From: a virus
Virus record (IMG/VR): IMGVR_UViG_3300027904_000002
Coordinates: 1-60,979 of that record
Strand: one strand, 5' to 3'
Length of the DNA: 60,979 nt
Below are positions 60,240 to 60,979 of the stretch, one piece after another; positions within the stretch are counted from its first letter, which is position 1; every line of letters starts with the position of its first letter. The notes beneath the pieces were generated by a model. It was not told where the DNA came from. It ran no database searches and was given only the letters and a program-made list of their open reading frames with translations. Both the position numbers and the translations under genes were made by a program.

Positions 60240-60612
60240 ACTTAATTTTACTATAAAGATTAGCAATCCAATCTTTTAAAATGTTTTTTTCGTCAACATC
60301 AGCACCTTGACGCAAAACATCTATCAATTCTGACAAACGGTGTAAAACCGCCTTAAAATCGCCTACATCAGCTTTTTCGTTTCGGAGTATAGATTGCCGC
60401 TTGCTATCCGCATAATCGCAAATAACCGCATTAAAATGAGCCATAAGCTGTTCAAGGTGGTCGTCAGTATCAACAACCGAGATTTGCTCGATAGTTGGCA
60501 ATTTTTCTTTTAGCAATAGCAAATGTGCGAGGTCGCTTGATAACGCCAAAGTTGGCGGTTGCTCAAGTATAAAATTTACTTGTTCATCTATTGCGGTCAG
60601 CCATTCTTGCAT
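60238..60612 (-). CDS. Hypothetical acidic helical protein
   Basis: 124-aa ORF. Confidence 0.65.
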   Translation of the reverse strand: MQEWLTAIDEQVNFILEQPPTLALSSDLAHLLLLKEKLPTIEQISVVDTDDHLEQLMAHFNAVICDYADSKRQSILRNEKADVGDFKAVLHRLSELIDVLRQGADVDEKNILKDWIANLYSKIK

Positions 60613-60736
60613 AAATTATCCATTTCGCAATCAGCAGAATTAAAACCAAAAGTCCGTAGACCAAAATAACGACATTAAAAAGTCCAAAGTTTGACAACCA
60701 AACATTTTCAATCCACAATGCTGGTGTTGTGAACAT
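60584..60736 (-). CDS. Small single-TM protein
   Basis: ATG 60736 follows aaaggac. FGLFNVVILVYGLLVLILLIAKWII. Confidence 0.55.
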   Translation of the reverse strand: MFTTPALWIENVWLSNFGLFNVVILVYGLLVLILLIAKWIIYARMADRNR

Positions 60737-60979
60737 AGTAAAGTCCTTTCTTAGAGTCACTAACGTCACTATTCATGTGATGACCCAAATACGGGGAGTG
60801 AAGTTTTGATATTAAAAACCTATAACGCTCCGTTAAGGTATCGTTATCGTGCAACACCTGTTCAAGCGACCAATCCACCGCATTATAAGCAAGTATCATG
60901 TCTGTCAAGTGTCGCAATTCAGCGTGAGTTTCTAAACACAATTCCTTAATATAGTCATAAGATATAACATCACCGTCAC
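60708..60979 (-). CDS. 3' part of the junction-spanning gene (see 1..485)
   Basis: The frame is open from the window end down to the stop at 60708-60710. 60853..60979 duplicates 1..127. Confidence 0.7.
   Translation of the reverse strand, partial: DGDVISYDYIKELCLETHAELRHLTDMILAYNAVDWSLEQVLHDNDTLTERYRFLISKLHSPYLGHHMNSDVSDSKKGLYYVHNTSIVD
60853..60979. repeat. Terminal direct repeat copy 2
   Basis: Identical to 1..127. Confidence 0.95.

Noticed and set aside
1-60979. Search for tRNA or tmRNA genes, an integrase or recombinase, a reverse transcriptase or DGR, and toxin-antitoxin pairs.
   Set aside because: There is no T-loop or acceptor-type sequence in the non-coding gaps, no YxDD or R-H-R-Y-type ORF, and no template/variable repeat pair. 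Absence by eye is not proof, and profile searches are needed.

Overview
The window is a complete, circularly closed genome of a tailed dsDNA phage, about 60,852 unique bp. Bases 1..127 are identical to 60853..60979, and one gene reads across that junction. Gene order is siphovirus-like, and the expression signals look like a low-GC Firmicutes host: AGGAGG-type RBS, many TTGACA-17-TATAAT promoters, a LysM endolysin, XkdX, and an AntA/KilAC antirepressor.

Modules on the minus strand:
- terS (isolated) and terL, followed by an AP2-type homing-endonuclease-like gene and the portal.
- A five-gene fibre-like paralog cluster, then scaffold, HK97-like major capsid, connector proteins, major tail protein and chaperones.
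- A 1426-aa tape measure, two sets of tail-tip/receptor-binding genes, a lysis cassette, membrane proteins and a low-complexity accessory operon.
- A replication block at 48.4-58.7 kb: replisome organizer, AEP primase-helicase, VRR-NUC, and a broken DNA methyltransferase.

Two plus-strand early blocks (36.6-39.1 kb and 40.1-48.2 kb) encode many small proteins. These include a Lar-like anti-restriction protein, an FtsK/SpoIIIE-like ATPase and an HNH-AP2 endonuclease. I found no tRNA, CRISPR array, integrase or reverse transcriptase.

Most interesting observations:
1. An intact stand-alone response-regulator receiver domain is translationally coupled inside the lysis cassette.
2. An early locus carries an orphan 207-aa protein followed by an ~845-bp strongly GT-skewed, C-poor non-coding tract with dispersed short repeats.
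3. A fibre-like gene family with C1q/TNF-like motifs sits inside the head module.
4. A ~400-nt structured RNA lies downstream of the Lar-like gene, in a cassette that separates terS from terL.
5. terL is frame-broken inside its Walker A motif. The methyltransferase is broken at a G8 tract and by an in-frame TGA.
6. An NrdR-like zinc ribbon lacks an ATP-cone.
7. Four self-contained homing-endonuclease cassettes each carry their own promoter.

All functional calls come from motif reading by eye. No database search was run.
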